Part shown: piece by piece, positions 1 through 10,683 of the stretch
Layout: every line of letters starts with the position of its first letter
Position numbering within the stretch: the stretch's first letter is position 1
DNA from: Longimicrobiales bacterium
GTDB lineage: Bacteria > Gemmatimonadota > Gemmatimonadetes > Longimicrobiales > Gaopeijiaceae
Reading direction: 5' to 3'
NCBI GenBank assembly: GCA_965219445.1
Contig: CBDCNQ010000005.1
Coordinates: 544,001-608,000 of the forward strand
Length of the DNA: 64,000 bases
Translations under genes and position numbers: made by a program
Notes under the pieces: generated by a model
What the model saw: only the letters and a program-made list of their open reading frames with translations
Databases searched by the model: none
What the model was told of the DNA's origin: nothing

Positions 1-8
1 AGAGCTCG

Positions 9-998
9 ATGGAGAATCTCGAAATCGCACAGGCACGCGTCGATGCCCAGGCAGCCATCGTCACGGACGCCAGGCGGGCGCAGGTCCAGTTGGGAAGGGA
101 CTCCGTTGCCCTGCTATGGGCGGAGTCGGCCCAGCGCGTAGGAACGCTCGGGCTCTTAGAGACCATCGGCCTCAATCTTGGCGCCGACGTGGAGCTGGTG
201 AGCGAATTCGAAGTGTTTCGCCCCTCGTGGACGAGTACGGAGTTGATCTCGATCGCCCTGAAGTCCCACCCCCGGCTCAACGCGTTCGTGGCCAACGAAG
301 GCGCTCGGCGCGCCAACCTGCGGCAAACCCGTGGCCAATATTTTCCCAACGTTTCTCTGACGGGCTCTTGGGACGGGTTTACGCAGGAGATCGAGAACGG
401 GGAATTCAACGTCGCGGCTGCCGAAACGGGCGTTGCCCGGTCCATCGAGAACTGTAATACGTTCAACGCCATATCAGCGGGGCTGAGTTCGCCTCTGGCA
501 GGGTTTCCCGAGGATTGTTCGGCGCTGACACTCAGCGACAAGGGCCGACAGGCGATTCTCGACGCGAACAATGTCTTCCCCTTCAACTTCACGAGCCAGC
601 CATTCCGGGCAACGTTGAGTGTGAGTATTCCGATTTTCAACGGGTTCAGCAGGGAGCGGCAAGTGTCTCAGGCCACCAATGCACTGGAGGACGCCGAGCA
701 TTCTCGCCGGGCGGAAGAACTACGGCTCAGGACCGCCGTGACGTCCGCGTACGACGCTCTGATGACCGCCTACACTGTGGTGCAAGTAGAGGAGCGGAAT
801 CGGGAGGTGGCCGCCGAACAGCTGGAGCTGTCCCGCCAGCGATACGCTTTGGGTGCCGATCCTTTCCTTGTCTTGCTCGACGCCGAACGTACAATGGCGG
901 ATGGGGAACGCGCTTATCTGGACAGTTTATACGCCTTCCATCTCGAGCTGGTGAATCTCGAAAATGCGGTGGGCCAGGGGCTCTGCCCCGAAGAGTAG
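9..998 (+). CDS. TolC-family outer membrane efflux protein (probably 5'-truncated by window edge)
   Basis: YFPNVSLTGS...LSVSIPIFNG...EQLELSRQRYALG pattern; lies upstream of an MFP and ABC ATPases. Confidence 0.85.
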   Translation: MENLEIAQARVDAQAAIVTDARRAQVQLGRDSVALLWAESAQRVGTLGLLETIGLNLGADVELVSEFEVFRPSWTSTELISIALKSHPRLNAFVANEGARRANLRQTRGQYFPNVSLTGSWDGFTQEIENGEFNVAAAETGVARSIENCNTFNAISAGLSSPLAGFPEDCSALTLSDKGRQAILDANNVFPFNFTSQPFRATLSVSIPIFNGFSRERQVSQATNALEDAEHSRRAEELRLRTAVTSAYDALMTAYTVVQVEERNREVAAEQLELSRQRYALGADPFLVLLDAERTMADGERAYLDSLYAFHLELVNLENAVGQGLCPEE

Positions 999-1064
999 AG
1001 AAGCGAAACGTAGGCTGGGCGGCTATGGTCGTTCCGGCCGAAACTTATAAGGAGCGAGGTCTTC

Positions 1065-2321
1065 GTGGACATTGCCCGCGATCCCAAGCCGAAAACGAGA
1101 AAACGGATCATCCAGTGGTCGGTCGCGGCCGTGGCGGCGATCCTGATTATCGGGGCGTTGAGGAATCTTCAACCCGCGGCGCCCAGCGTCGATGCGGCGA
1201 CCGTTTGGATGGACACGGTTATGCACGGAACCATGGTGCGCCAGGTTCGCGGACCCGGTACGCTCGTGCCTGAGCAAATGCGCTGGGTCACCGCTCTGAC
1301 GGCCGGGCGTGTGGAGCAAATCGTCGTCTTGCCCGGAACCGTGATCGAGGAAAACACGGTGATCATCCGGATGAGCAATCCGGACGTAGACGTCGCATTG
1401 CTTCAAGCCCAACAGGCGCTCAACACGGCCGAAGCGACCCTGATTCAAACACGCTCGACCCTGGAGACGCAGCGCCTCACCCAGGCCGGGCTCCTGGCCC
1501 AGATGCGCACCCAATATGGAAATGCCCAGCGGGAGCACGCCACCAACCAGCGTCTTTACGATACGAATCCCGAGTTGGTCGCCGCGACCGAGTTGGCCAG
1601 GACCCGGGACGCGGTGGAGGAGGTACAGGAGCGAGTGCGGATTGAAGAGGAGCAGGTGGAGTTGCTCGCTGCCTCGGCCGTCGATCAGGTGGAGGCCCAA
1701 CTGATCAACATCAGCAGTTTGTCCGACATCGTCGAGTTCAACCGTGATCGAGTGGCTTCAATGGAGGTGACGGCAGGCGTTTCCGGGGTTCTGGCGGAGT
1801 TGCCGCTCGACGAAGGCCAGTGGGTTCAGTCGGGCGGGACGCTGGCCAGGGTCGTGCAGCCGGGGCGCCTCAAGGCCGAGGTCCGGATTCCCCAGACACA
1901 GGCCCAAGACATCACAGCGGGTCAGGTCGCGTACATCGACACGCGAAACGACACTATTGTGGGGCAAGTCGTGCGCATCGATCCTTCGGTACAGAACGGC
2001 ACCGTGACCATCGACGTTGCGCTTCCTGCCGACCTTCCGCGAAGCGCTCGTCCGGACCTGAGCATCGACGGCAACGTGGTGATCCAGCGGCTGGACGACG
2101 TGACGTACGTCGGACGTCCCGCATACGGCCAAGCGAATCAGCGGGTGGGCATGTTCAAGTTGGTCGAGGACGGTCAGTTCGCGGAACGCGTGAGCGTGAT
2201 GTTGGGGGCCAGCTCGGTCAACGAGATCGCAGTGATAGACGGACTGCAGGAGGGGGACATCGTGATCCTGTCGGACATGTCCAGCTGGGACGGATTCGAT
2301 CGGCTCCGTTTGAGGAACTAG
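1065..2321 (+). CDS. Efflux periplasmic adaptor (HlyD/MacA-like membrane fusion protein)
   Basis: N-terminal TM, lipoyl-like GRVEQIVVLPG, coiled coil, C-terminal GLQEGDIVILSD. Confidence 0.9.
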   Translation: MDIARDPKPKTRKRIIQWSVAAVAAILIIGALRNLQPAAPSVDAATVWMDTVMHGTMVRQVRGPGTLVPEQMRWVTALTAGRVEQIVVLPGTVIEENTVIIRMSNPDVDVALLQAQQALNTAEATLIQTRSTLETQRLTQAGLLAQMRTQYGNAQREHATNQRLYDTNPELVAATELARTRDAVEEVQERVRIEEEQVELLAASAVDQVEAQLINISSLSDIVEFNRDRVASMEVTAGVSGVLAELPLDEGQWVQSGGTLARVVQPGRLKAEVRIPQTQAQDITAGQVAYIDTRNDTIVGQVVRIDPSVQNGTVTIDVALPADLPRSARPDLSIDGNVVIQRLDDVTYVGRPAYGQANQRVGMFKLVEDGQFAERVSVMLGASSVNEIAVIDGLQEGDIVILSDMSSWDGFDRLRLRN

Positions 2322-3459
2322 TGTAGTGTAGCAGAAATCTTATGCCTAATAGATACATGCGGTAGATTCCTCGCATGGGACTTCCAGTGCGTAGGATTCG
2401 GTTGCGCCGAGGAGAACGCAGGCGCTTGGAGCGATTGGTGAACAAACGGACCACACCGCAACGCGTGGTCGAAAGGGCCAACATCGTTCTCTGCTCTGCC
2501 GAGGGACGGTCGTGGTCGGCGATCTGCCGGGAGGTGTGGGCGTATCGAGGCCGACGGTCACGCAGTGGCTCGACCGGTACGAGGCAGGTGGCGTTGAAGA
2601 GCTGCTCGAGGACCGACCACGCTCGGGTCGACCCCGCAAGATCACTCCGGACGACGAAGCGGAGATTGTCCGCAAGACCCTCGAGGAGAAGCCCGCAGAC
2701 GCCACGCACTGGAGTTGCCGTCTCATGGCCAAGGAAGTGGGCGTCCATCCGACCACCATCTCGCGGATCTGGCGGGCTCATGGACTACAGCCCCACCGCA
2801 TCGAGTACTTCAAGCTGTCCACTGATCCTCACTTCGTTGAAAAGTTGCGCGACGTGGTGGGTCTCTACGTCGATCCCCCGGAGCGGGCCGTTGTCTTCGC
2901 TTTCGACGAGAAGAGCCAGATCCAAGCCCTCGACCGCACCCAGCCAGGTCTTCCCCTCAAGAAGGGGCGCGCTGGAACCATGACCCATGACTACAAACGT
3001 CACGGCACGACGACACTCTTTGCTGCCCTCGACGTAGCCACCGGGGAGGTCGTCCACGAGTGCTTGCCGCGCCACCGGCATCAGGAGTTTCTGCGGTTCC
3101 TCCGCAAGATCGAGCGCAGCGTGGCTTCCGAACTCGACATCCACGTGATTCTCGACAACTACGCCACCCACAAGCATCCGGCCGTCAGGGCGTGGCTCGA
3201 CAAACACCCTCGGGTCCACTTCCACTTCATTCCCACTTCATCCTCTTGGCTCAATCTCGTCGAGCGCTTCTTCAGCGAACTCACGACTCGTCAGCTCAAG
3301 CGCCTCGCCGTCACCAGCGTGGACCAACTAATCGAGGCGATCAACCACTACATCGATCGCAGAAACGATAACCCCACACCCTTTGTCTGGACCGCCTCTG
3401 CACAATCCATCATCGCCAAGGTCAGCAAAGCGAAAGAGACTTTGGCTACACAGCACTAG
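2318..3459 (+). mobile_element. IS630-family element; transposase in two frames (2375.. and 2512..3459)
   Basis: DEKSQIQALDR, HDYKRHGTTTLFAALD, WLNLVERFF; imperfect IRs CTAGTGTAGTGTAGC and GCTACACAGCACTAG; CTAG at both ends. Confidence 0.93.
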
Positions 3460-3522
3460 GAGGGTGGCCGGCGTTCCGGCCGTTCACATTCGCCGTAGCA
3501 TCTGTGGGTTTCCAAGGGAGGG

Positions 3523-4284
3523 ATGATGGAAAACACGTTAGAGCAAGGAAACGCGTCCACGCTGATCGATCTTCAGGGCCTAAGCAAGGTGTTCTACACC
3601 GAGGAGGTGGAAACCCACGCGTTATCCGACATCCACCTGGACATCAAGGCGGGTGAATTCGTTTCGATCGCGGGGCCGTCGGGTTGCGGCAAGACAACGC
3701 TGCTGTCGATCCTCGGACTGCTGGACTCCCCGACCGGTGGGGACTATCTGCTCGACGGTGAGCCTGCGGCCAATCTCACGGCCTCACAGCGGGCGAAGAT
3801 CCGCAACCAGGCGATCGGGTTCATCTTCCAGGTGTTCAACCTGATCGGAGACCTCACGGTCTACGAAAATGTGGAGCTTCCGCTCACCTACCGCGGGATG
3901 GCTGGAGGCGAGCGCAAGGAGCGTGTGCATACGGCTCTCGAACGGGTCGGCATGGCGCACCGCATGAACCACTATCCGAGTCAGCTCTCCGGTGGTCAGC
4001 AACAGCGTGTGGCAGTGGCAAGGGCCATCGTTGGCAAGCCACTCATCCTGCTGGCGGACGAGCCGACGGGTAACCTCGACTCGAAGAACGGGAGCGCCGT
4101 GATGGACCTCATGAAAGAACTGCACGACGAGGGGGCGACGATCTGCATGGTGACGCACGATCCTCGTTACGCGACTGTGGCCGATCGTTCGGTGCACCTC
4201 TTCGACGGCCAGGTGGTGGACGAGGAGGATGCCCAGCGGGTCGAGCATGCGCAGGAGCTGGAGGAGAGCGGCTTCGACGTCTAG
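3523..4284 (+). CDS. ABC transporter ATP-binding protein (MacB/LolD type)
   Basis: GPSGCGKT, LSGGQQQRVAVARA, LADEPTGNLD. Confidence 0.95.
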   Translation: MMENTLEQGNASTLIDLQGLSKVFYTEEVETHALSDIHLDIKAGEFVSIAGPSGCGKTTLLSILGLLDSPTGGDYLLDGEPAANLTASQRAKIRNQAIGFIFQVFNLIGDLTVYENVELPLTYRGMAGGERKERVHTALERVGMAHRMNHYPSQLSGGQQQRVAVARAIVGKPLILLADEPTGNLDSKNGSAVMDLMKELHDEGATICMVTHDPRYATVADRSVHLFDGQVVDEEDAQRVEHAQELEESGFDV

Positions 4285-4497
4285 GGGAGGGGCCCGGCAG
4301 GCAGAGCGGTGTCGAGGGGGCCGCCTTCGGGCCGTCCCCTTCTTGTTCCGAGGGCTTCTGCGGTCCGTTGACGGGAGTCTACGGGTGTCCGATTTTGGGA
4401 CGCGTGTCTCGGTGAGAACCGTCTCTAAGATAAAGACACGTGTCATATTGAAGGCGTCCGATCGGCGATTGAGAGCGGCATACAACCCGTTGGGACC

Positions 4498-5169
4498 ATG
4501 GCGCTGATCCAGACGAAAGGCCTCGAGAAGTCCTACAACACCGGCGCGGGTGAGACCTTCGGCCTCCGGCGGATCGATCTCGAGGTGGAAGCCGGTGACT
4601 TTATCACGATCATGGGGCCCTCGGGTGCTGGAAAATCGACGCTGCTGTCGATCTTGGGCATGTTGGACGGGGATTGGCGGGGCGAGTACTGGCTCGCGGG
4701 TGAGCCGGCGCACGCCATGAAGCCTCGAGCCCGTATCGAACTCAACAAGCGCTATGTGGGGTTCGTCTTCCAGCAGTACCATCTGCTGGACGATCTCACG
4801 GTCTACGAGAACCTGGAAATTCCGCTCTCGTACCGAAACGTGAAGCGGAAGGAGCGACAGGCCATCGTTGCCGACTCCCTCGACCGGTTTCAGATCGTCG
4901 GCAAAAAGGATCTCTATCCATCGCAGCTCTCCGGGGGCCAACAGCAGCTCGTCGCCGTGGCCCGAGCGGTCATCGCCGAGCCGAAGGTCATCCTGGCCGA
5001 CGAACCGACCGGAAGCCTGCATTCGAGCCAGGGCCGCATGATCATGGATCTACTCGCCGAGCTGAACCGTGAGGGAACCACGATCATTCAGGTCACACAC
5101 AACGAGGATTACGCGGCGTACGGGCAACGCATCATTCAGCTCAAGGACGGCTGGATCGTCGACGAGTAG
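4498..5169 (+). CDS. ABC transporter ATP-binding protein (MacB/LolD type)
   Basis: [23 protein letters not shown]. Confidence 0.95.
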   Translation: MALIQTKGLEKSYNTGAGETFGLRRIDLEVEAGDFITIMGPSGAGKSTLLSILGMLDGDWRGEYWLAGEPAHAMKPRARIELNKRYVGFVFQQYHLLDDLTVYENLEIPLSYRNVKRKERQAIVADSLDRFQIVGKKDLYPSQLSGGQQQLVAVARAVIAEPKVILADEPTGSLHSSQGRMIMDLLAELNREGTTIIQVTHNEDYAAYGQRIIQLKDGWIVDE

Positions 5170-5214
5170 CCCGCGAGGACGAGCGGCTTACGATCGAATG
5201 AGAGGCGGTAGGCG

Positions 5215-6594
5215 ATGAGCACGACGGACACCGGGCGTATCCTGGTCGCGGACGACCAAGCGGACGTTCTGGAAGCGCTCCGAATTCTCCTCAAGGCCGA
5301 GGGCTTCGAGATCGCGACCGCGAACTCGCCCCCGCTCATTCTTTCCAGCATCGAGCAGGCAGACTTCGACGCGGTCCTGATGGACCTCAACTATGCGCGG
5401 GATACGACTTCCGGCGGAGAGGGGATGGACCTCCTCACTCAGATTCGGAGCCTCGATGCCACCCTCCCGGTGTTGGTCATGACGGCCTGGGGAAGTGTAG
5501 ATGGGGCGGTAGAGGCGATGCGGCGGGGGGCACGGGACTACGTCGAGAAACCGTGGGACAATGAGCGGCTACTGAAGACACTCAGGACCCAGGTCGAGTT
5601 GGGAAGGGCTCTCCGCCGGGGTCAGCACCTGGAGGACGAAAACCGTTGGCTTCGTGGCACGGACGCGCCGGACTTCATCGCGGAATCCAAGATCATGAAG
5701 CCCGTTCTGAGGGTAATGGAGAGGGTGGGACCCTCCGAGGCCAACGTGTTGATCACCGGCGAGCATGGCACCGGAAAGGAAGTCGTGGCGCGTTGGATTC
5801 ATGCGGTATCGGGGCGTGTGAAGAATACACTCGTGGCGATCAACGCGGGCGGTTTTTCAGAGGGTGTGTTCGAGAGCGAGTTGTTCGGGCACGTGAAGGG
5901 AGCGTTCACGGACGCCAAGGCGGATCGAATCGGATGCTTCGAGTTGGCGCACCAGGGGACGCTCTTCCTCGACGAGATCTCGAATATCTCCTTGCAACAA
6001 CAGGCGAAGCTTCTGCGCGTACTCGAGACCGGGGAAATCCAGCGCGTGGGCTCGTCCAAGATCAGGAAGGTGGACATCCGCATTCTTGCGGCGACCAATG
6101 CGGATCTCACCGAGATCGTGGCCGGCGGCGAGTTCCGGGAGGATCTACTCTATCGCCTGAATACGGTGGAAATCCACCTGCCTCCACTGAGAGAGCGGAG
6201 CGAAGACATCGTGACACTCGCACTGCATTTTCTCGAACGTCATCGCGCTCGCTATAGAAACGTGGTCAGTGGTTTCGCCGAAAATGCGATACAGGCCCTG
6301 CTCGGGCACTCGTGGCCGGGAAACGTCCGTGAGCTCCAGCACGCGGTTGAGCGCGCTGTCCTCATGGCGCAGGGAGACCTCATCCATTCGGAGGACCTCG
6401 GGCTGACCCCGCGAGCCGACGGGGGTGCCCAGATGGAGCAGCTCACGCTGGACGAGGCGGAGAAGATTCTGATCGAGAGGGCGATAGACCGTAATGACGG
6501 CAACGTCTCCCGCGCCGCGAGTGAACTGGGACTCAGCCGTAGCGCCTTGTACCGGCGGCTCCAACGGTACGGAATCGGGAGCGAGTCGGAGTGA
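5215..6594 (+). CDS. Sigma-54-dependent response regulator (NtrC family)
   Basis: Receiver domain, GEHGTGKE, ESELFGHVKGAFTDA, WPGNVREL, Fis-type HTH. Confidence 0.95.
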   Translation: MSTTDTGRILVADDQADVLEALRILLKAEGFEIATANSPPLILSSIEQADFDAVLMDLNYARDTTSGGEGMDLLTQIRSLDATLPVLVMTAWGSVDGAVEAMRRGARDYVEKPWDNERLLKTLRTQVELGRALRRGQHLEDENRWLRGTDAPDFIAESKIMKPVLRVMERVGPSEANVLITGEHGTGKEVVARWIHAVSGRVKNTLVAINAGGFSEGVFESELFGHVKGAFTDAKADRIGCFELAHQGTLFLDEISNISLQQQAKLLRVLETGEIQRVGSSKIRKVDIRILAATNADLTEIVAGGEFREDLLYRLNTVEIHLPPLRERSEDIVTLALHFLERHRARYRNVVSGFAENAIQALLGHSWPGNVRELQHAVERAVLMAQGDLIHSEDLGLTPRADGGAQMEQLTLDEAEKILIERAIDRNDGNVSRAASELGLSRSALYRRLQRYGIGSESE

Positions 6595-6615
6595 TCCGGG
6601 GGTGAAAAGCACCAG

Positions 6616-8001
6616 ATGAGCGGATGGTGGGAGCGGATTCCCCACGACTATCGCATCGTCGTGCTGTCCCTCTTCGCGGCGCTCCCGGGAATCGCCATCT
6701 CACTCGCGTTCCTTTGGACGGGTCCGTACTCCACCGGACTCCAATGGACGGCTACGGTCTTTATCCTCGGGGGTTGGGCCGGCTTCACCTACGCGCTGCG
6801 AGCGAGGGTTGTGCGTCCCCTGCAGACTCTTTCCAACATGCTCGCAGCCCTACGGGAAGGGGACTTCTCGATTCGGGTCAGGGGAGCGGGATCGAGGGGT
6901 GCGCTCGCCCTCACGTATAGCGAAGCGAACGCGCTCGAGGAGGTCCTTCGGGAGCAGCGTCTCGGAGCGGTCGAGGCCACGGCTCTGCTCCGAAAAGTGC
7001 TGGAGGAAGTCGACCTGGCGGTGTTCGCCTTCGATGAAAACGAAACCCTCCGGCTCCTGAACCGAGCGGGTGAGGCGCTGCTCGGTCAACCGAGCAAGCG
7101 AGTGATCGGCACGTCCGCCGCCGAACTCAGACTTCAGGAGACGCTCAGCGGAGTCGCGCCGCGCACGCTCGAGCTGACTCATCCCGGGGGGACGGGGCGA
7201 TGGGAGCTCCGGCGAACGGTGGTACGCCAAGAGGGCCATCCGTTGCGGCTGATCATCCTTTCGGATCTGAGCCGGGCGCTCCGAGAAGAGGAACGCCAGG
7301 CCTGGAAACGGATCATCCGGGTGCTGAGTCATGAGATCAACAACTCCTTGGCGCCCATCAAGTCGATCGCCGGAAGCCTAAAGAGTTTGACGCGGCGGGG
7401 ATCCCTGCCTCCCGATCTCGACGAGGACGTGGAAAGCGGCCTCAAGGTGATCGCCAGTCGGGTGGAGTCATTGGGTCGGTTCATGGCTTCGTACGCGCAG
7501 CTCGCGCGACTTCCTGAACCCCAGCTCGCTGCCGTCGAGGTGAACGCACTAGTGCGACGGATCGTAGCGATCGAAACCAGAGTGGAGATCTGCGTGCATC
7601 CCGGGCCGGACCTCACCGTCCAGGCGGACGCAGACCAGCTAGAGCAGCTCCTGATCAACCTCGTGCGAAATGCCGTCGACGCCGCCCTCGAAACGGCGGG
7701 CGGAGTCGAACTGTCGTGGTCCGTAGTAGGCAATCAGCTGCATGTGGTGGTCGCGGACGAGGGCCCGGGGCTGCCGGTGGACATCGGGAACCTGTTCGTA
7801 CCGTTTTACACGACCAAACCCGGCGGGAGCGGGATCGGCCTGGCCCTCTGCCGGCAGATTGCCGAGGGCCACGGGGGCACGCTGACGCTCGAAAATTCTC
7901 CCGACGGGAAGGGGGCCAGGGCCCGCCTCACCATTCCCCTGGACCTTGCCCCCGCTGAGCCCGTGGCGACGCTGGCCCTGCCGCACGATCCCCCCAGCTG
8001 A
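6616..8001 (+). CDS. Sensor histidine kinase (NtrY-like)
   Basis: Two TMs, H-box SHEINNSL, N-box NLVRNAVDA, DEGPG, FYTTKPGGSGIGL. Confidence 0.93.
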   Translation: MSGWWERIPHDYRIVVLSLFAALPGIAISLAFLWTGPYSTGLQWTATVFILGGWAGFTYALRARVVRPLQTLSNMLAALREGDFSIRVRGAGSRGALALTYSEANALEEVLREQRLGAVEATALLRKVLEEVDLAVFAFDENETLRLLNRAGEALLGQPSKRVIGTSAAELRLQETLSGVAPRTLELTHPGGTGRWELRRTVVRQEGHPLRLIILSDLSRALREEERQAWKRIIRVLSHEINNSLAPIKSIAGSLKSLTRRGSLPPDLDEDVESGLKVIASRVESLGRFMASYAQLARLPEPQLAAVEVNALVRRIVAIETRVEICVHPGPDLTVQADADQLEQLLINLVRNAVDAALETAGGVELSWSVVGNQLHVVVADEGPGLPVDIGNLFVPFYTTKPGGSGIGLALCRQIAEGHGGTLTLENSPDGKGARARLTIPLDLAPAEPVATLALPHDPPS

Positions 8002-8083
8002 GGGGAACCTTTTCAAGAGTGCGCGTTTCTTCCATATACTGCTCCACGGTCAGCTCACTCGGCGACAGGCTGGAAGCCATCAA

Positions 8084-8445
8084 ATGCAATCCTTCCTCCA
8101 GGATCTGAAACACGCTCTCAAGATGTTCCGCGAGAGCCCGGGCTTCACGCTAACCGCTGTTGCGGCGCTGACGCTCGGCATCGGAGCCAACACGGCGATC
8201 TTTTCGGTGGTAAACGCCGTCGTGCTCAAACCCATCCCGTTTGCCCAGCCGGGCCGCTTGGTCCGAGTGTTGAACAGCAATAGGGAGACCGGCAATGTGG
8301 GCGGGGCAGCTTCGCCAGCGAAGTTCATGCATTGGCGCGCCCAGATCGAGGTGCTCGAGGACGTCGCGGCCTATCGGGCAACTCGCTGAATTACACAGCC
8401 GGCGACATGCCGGAACGGGTCACGGCGAACCAGGTGTCGGAGGCA
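8084..8445 (+). pseudogene. N-terminal fragment of a MacB-like (ADOP-type) ABC permease
   Basis: MQSFLQDLKHALKMFRESPGFT...LGIGANTAIFSVVNAVVLKP, then frameshift and truncation. Confidence 0.8.
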
Positions 8446-8625
8446 GAGTCCGTCCGAGTCCTCGTACGGGAGAGGACTGAGCACAACCGTGTAAATCACC
8501 CCGACGACAGCCGTATTGGCACCGATGCCGAGCGCCAACGTCAAGACGACCGCTAGCGAGAAACCAGGGCGGTTGCGCGCGACTCGCCACGCGTGGTCGA
8601 GGTCGTGGAGGAAGTCGATCACCAA
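8446..8625 (-). pseudogene. Second ABC permease N-terminal fragment, inverted
   Basis: DFLHDLDHAWRVARNRPGFSLAVVLTLALGIGANTAV...PLPYEDSD. Confidence 0.75.
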
Positions 8626-8639
8626 CTCACGGCTGAAGG

Positions 8640-9620
8640 CATATCACCGCTGCGCGTCGATCGAAGCGGTCGATTGCCGGGCATCAGCAGCCCCGCCCGA
8701 CCCCAGCCCGGGCCTTGAGCGAGAAGGAACGAGACAAGGTCTTCGACACGCTGTGTTCGGAGCGATTCGTGGACCGGTCCCCGGCCGAGGTTATGGCGAC
8801 CCTGCTCGACGAAGACGTCTGCCTGTGCAGCGAACGTACGATGTATCGCGTTCTGGCCTCCCAAGTGCCAGTTCGAGAGCGCCGAGCGCAGCGGAGTCAT
8901 CCCGAATACCAGAAACCCGAGTTGATGGCGACGGGCCCGGGCCAGGTCTGGTCCTGGGATATCACACGGCTGTTGGGGCCGAGGAAGTGGAGCTACTTCT
9001 ACCTCTACGTCATCATGGACATCTTCAGCCGCTACATCGTGGGATGGATGGTGGCGGATCGGGAGAGCTCGGCCTTGGCCGGGCGCCTGATCCAGCAGAG
9101 TTGCCTGAAGCATGGCGTCCAGCCCCAGGTCCTGACCTTGCACTCGGATCGAGGAGCTCCGATGACGAGCCAATGCACGGCTCAGCTCCTCGCCGATCTC
9201 GGGGTGACCCGCTCGCTGAGCCGACCTCAGGTGTCGGATGACAATCCGTTCTCCGAGGCCCAGTTCAAGACCTTGAAGTACCATCCCTCGTTTCCTGGAC
9301 GGTTCGAGGATCAGGGCCAGGCCAAAACCTTCTGTCGCTCGTTCTTCCGCTGGTACAACGCCGAGCACCACCATGGTGGTATCTCGATGCTGACCCCCGA
9401 ACAGGTCCACTTCGGGAATGCAGATCAGGTCATCGCCGGCAGGGAGGCCGTGCTACGCGAGGCCTGGGCCGCTCATCCCGACCGCTTCGTCTCCGGTGAG
9501 CCGAAGCCCAAACCGCTCCCGGAGGCCGTCTGGATCAATCCTCCAACCCCCTCCCTCACAACACAGGAGATTGCTCTCTAATTAATTCCCAAGAGTGTCT
9601 CACTGGCGTTGACAGGCTCC
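8640..9620 (+). mobile_element. IS3-family transposase (rve/DDE part; 5'-truncated element)
   Basis: ORF 8715..9581: VWSWDIT, DIFSRYIVGW, LHSDRG, DNPFSEAQFKTLKY. Confidence 0.88.
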
Positions 9621-10670
9621 GGTCCGGGTCCCTCGGGTGCGAGGTCTGGAGGGAGAGGCGCGTCTGGAGTCGTACGAGCGCTTGCACTGGGCGGCGGGCG
9701 AGGTGGACGAGGGGTTGTTCCGCAAGGTCCTGCTTGGGATCTCGTGTCGTGACTACGAGGCCGCGGTGGAGGCAGTGCCGGGGGCGATCGGGCTGTCGAA
9801 GTCGACGGTGTCGCGGGAGTTCAAGAAGGCGACCGCCAGGCAGCTGAAGGCGTTTCAGGAACGTGAGCTTACGGAGCTCGACGTCGTGGCGCTCTTCCTG
9901 GACGGCAAGACGTTTGCCAATGACGAAATCGTCGTCGCGTTAGCCGTGACGATAGGGGGAGACAAGGTGTTTGCGGGATTCGTGCAGACGGAAACGGAGA
10001 ACGCCCGGGTGATCACGAGCTTTCTGCGCTCCCTGAAGGATCGGGGACTCGATCTGTCGGCCGGAGCGCTGGTCGTGATCGACGGCGCCAAGGGGCTGAA
10101 GTCGGCAGTGACGACGGTGTTCCGGGGCCAGGTGCTTATCCAGCGCTGCCAATGGCACAAGCGAGAGAATGTGGTCTCGTACCTGCTACGCACCGAGCAG
10201 AAGGCCTGGCGTGGACGTCTGCAGCGAGCCTACGAGCGGCCCACCTACGAGGAGGCGAAGCGGGACCTGAAAGCGATGCGGGCTGAGCTGGACGAGCTCA
10301 ACCAGTCGGCGGTTGCGAGCCTGGACGAAGGGTTCGAGGAGACGTTGACCCTGCATCGACTCGGCGTGTTCCCGCTGGTTGGCCGTTCGCTGAAGACGAC
10401 CAACGTTCTCGAATCCGTGAACGCTCAAGCCGAACAGCGCTGTGGGAGAGTCGACCGATGGAGAAACTCGAACCATAAGCAGCGCTGGCTCGCCGCCGCG
10501 CTCATCGACATCGAGCCTCGGCTCAGGAGGCTACTCGGCTATCGCCACCTCCCGTCGCTCCGTGCAGCGATTCAGAAGGAACTCGGGATCATCCATCCCG
10601 ATAGCCAGACTCATGCCGCAGCCTGAGCGTCCGGAGGTCACTCGAGTTTCAACTAGCTTTGGGATTGACT
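9621..10670 (+). mobile_element. IS256-family transposase, 5'-truncated
   Basis: ORF 9637..10626: LFLDG, VIDGAKGL, QRCQWHK, TTNVLES; right end TTTCAACTAGCTTTGGGATTGACTC. Confidence 0.88.
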
Positions 10671-10683
10671 CGATCCAGAGGAT

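Noticed and set aside
4380..4497. Sigma-54 promoter/enhancer before the second ABC ATPase (GTGTCC-N7-GGACGC)
   Set aside because: The palindrome is suggestive but there is no convincing -24/-12 GG-N10-GC element.
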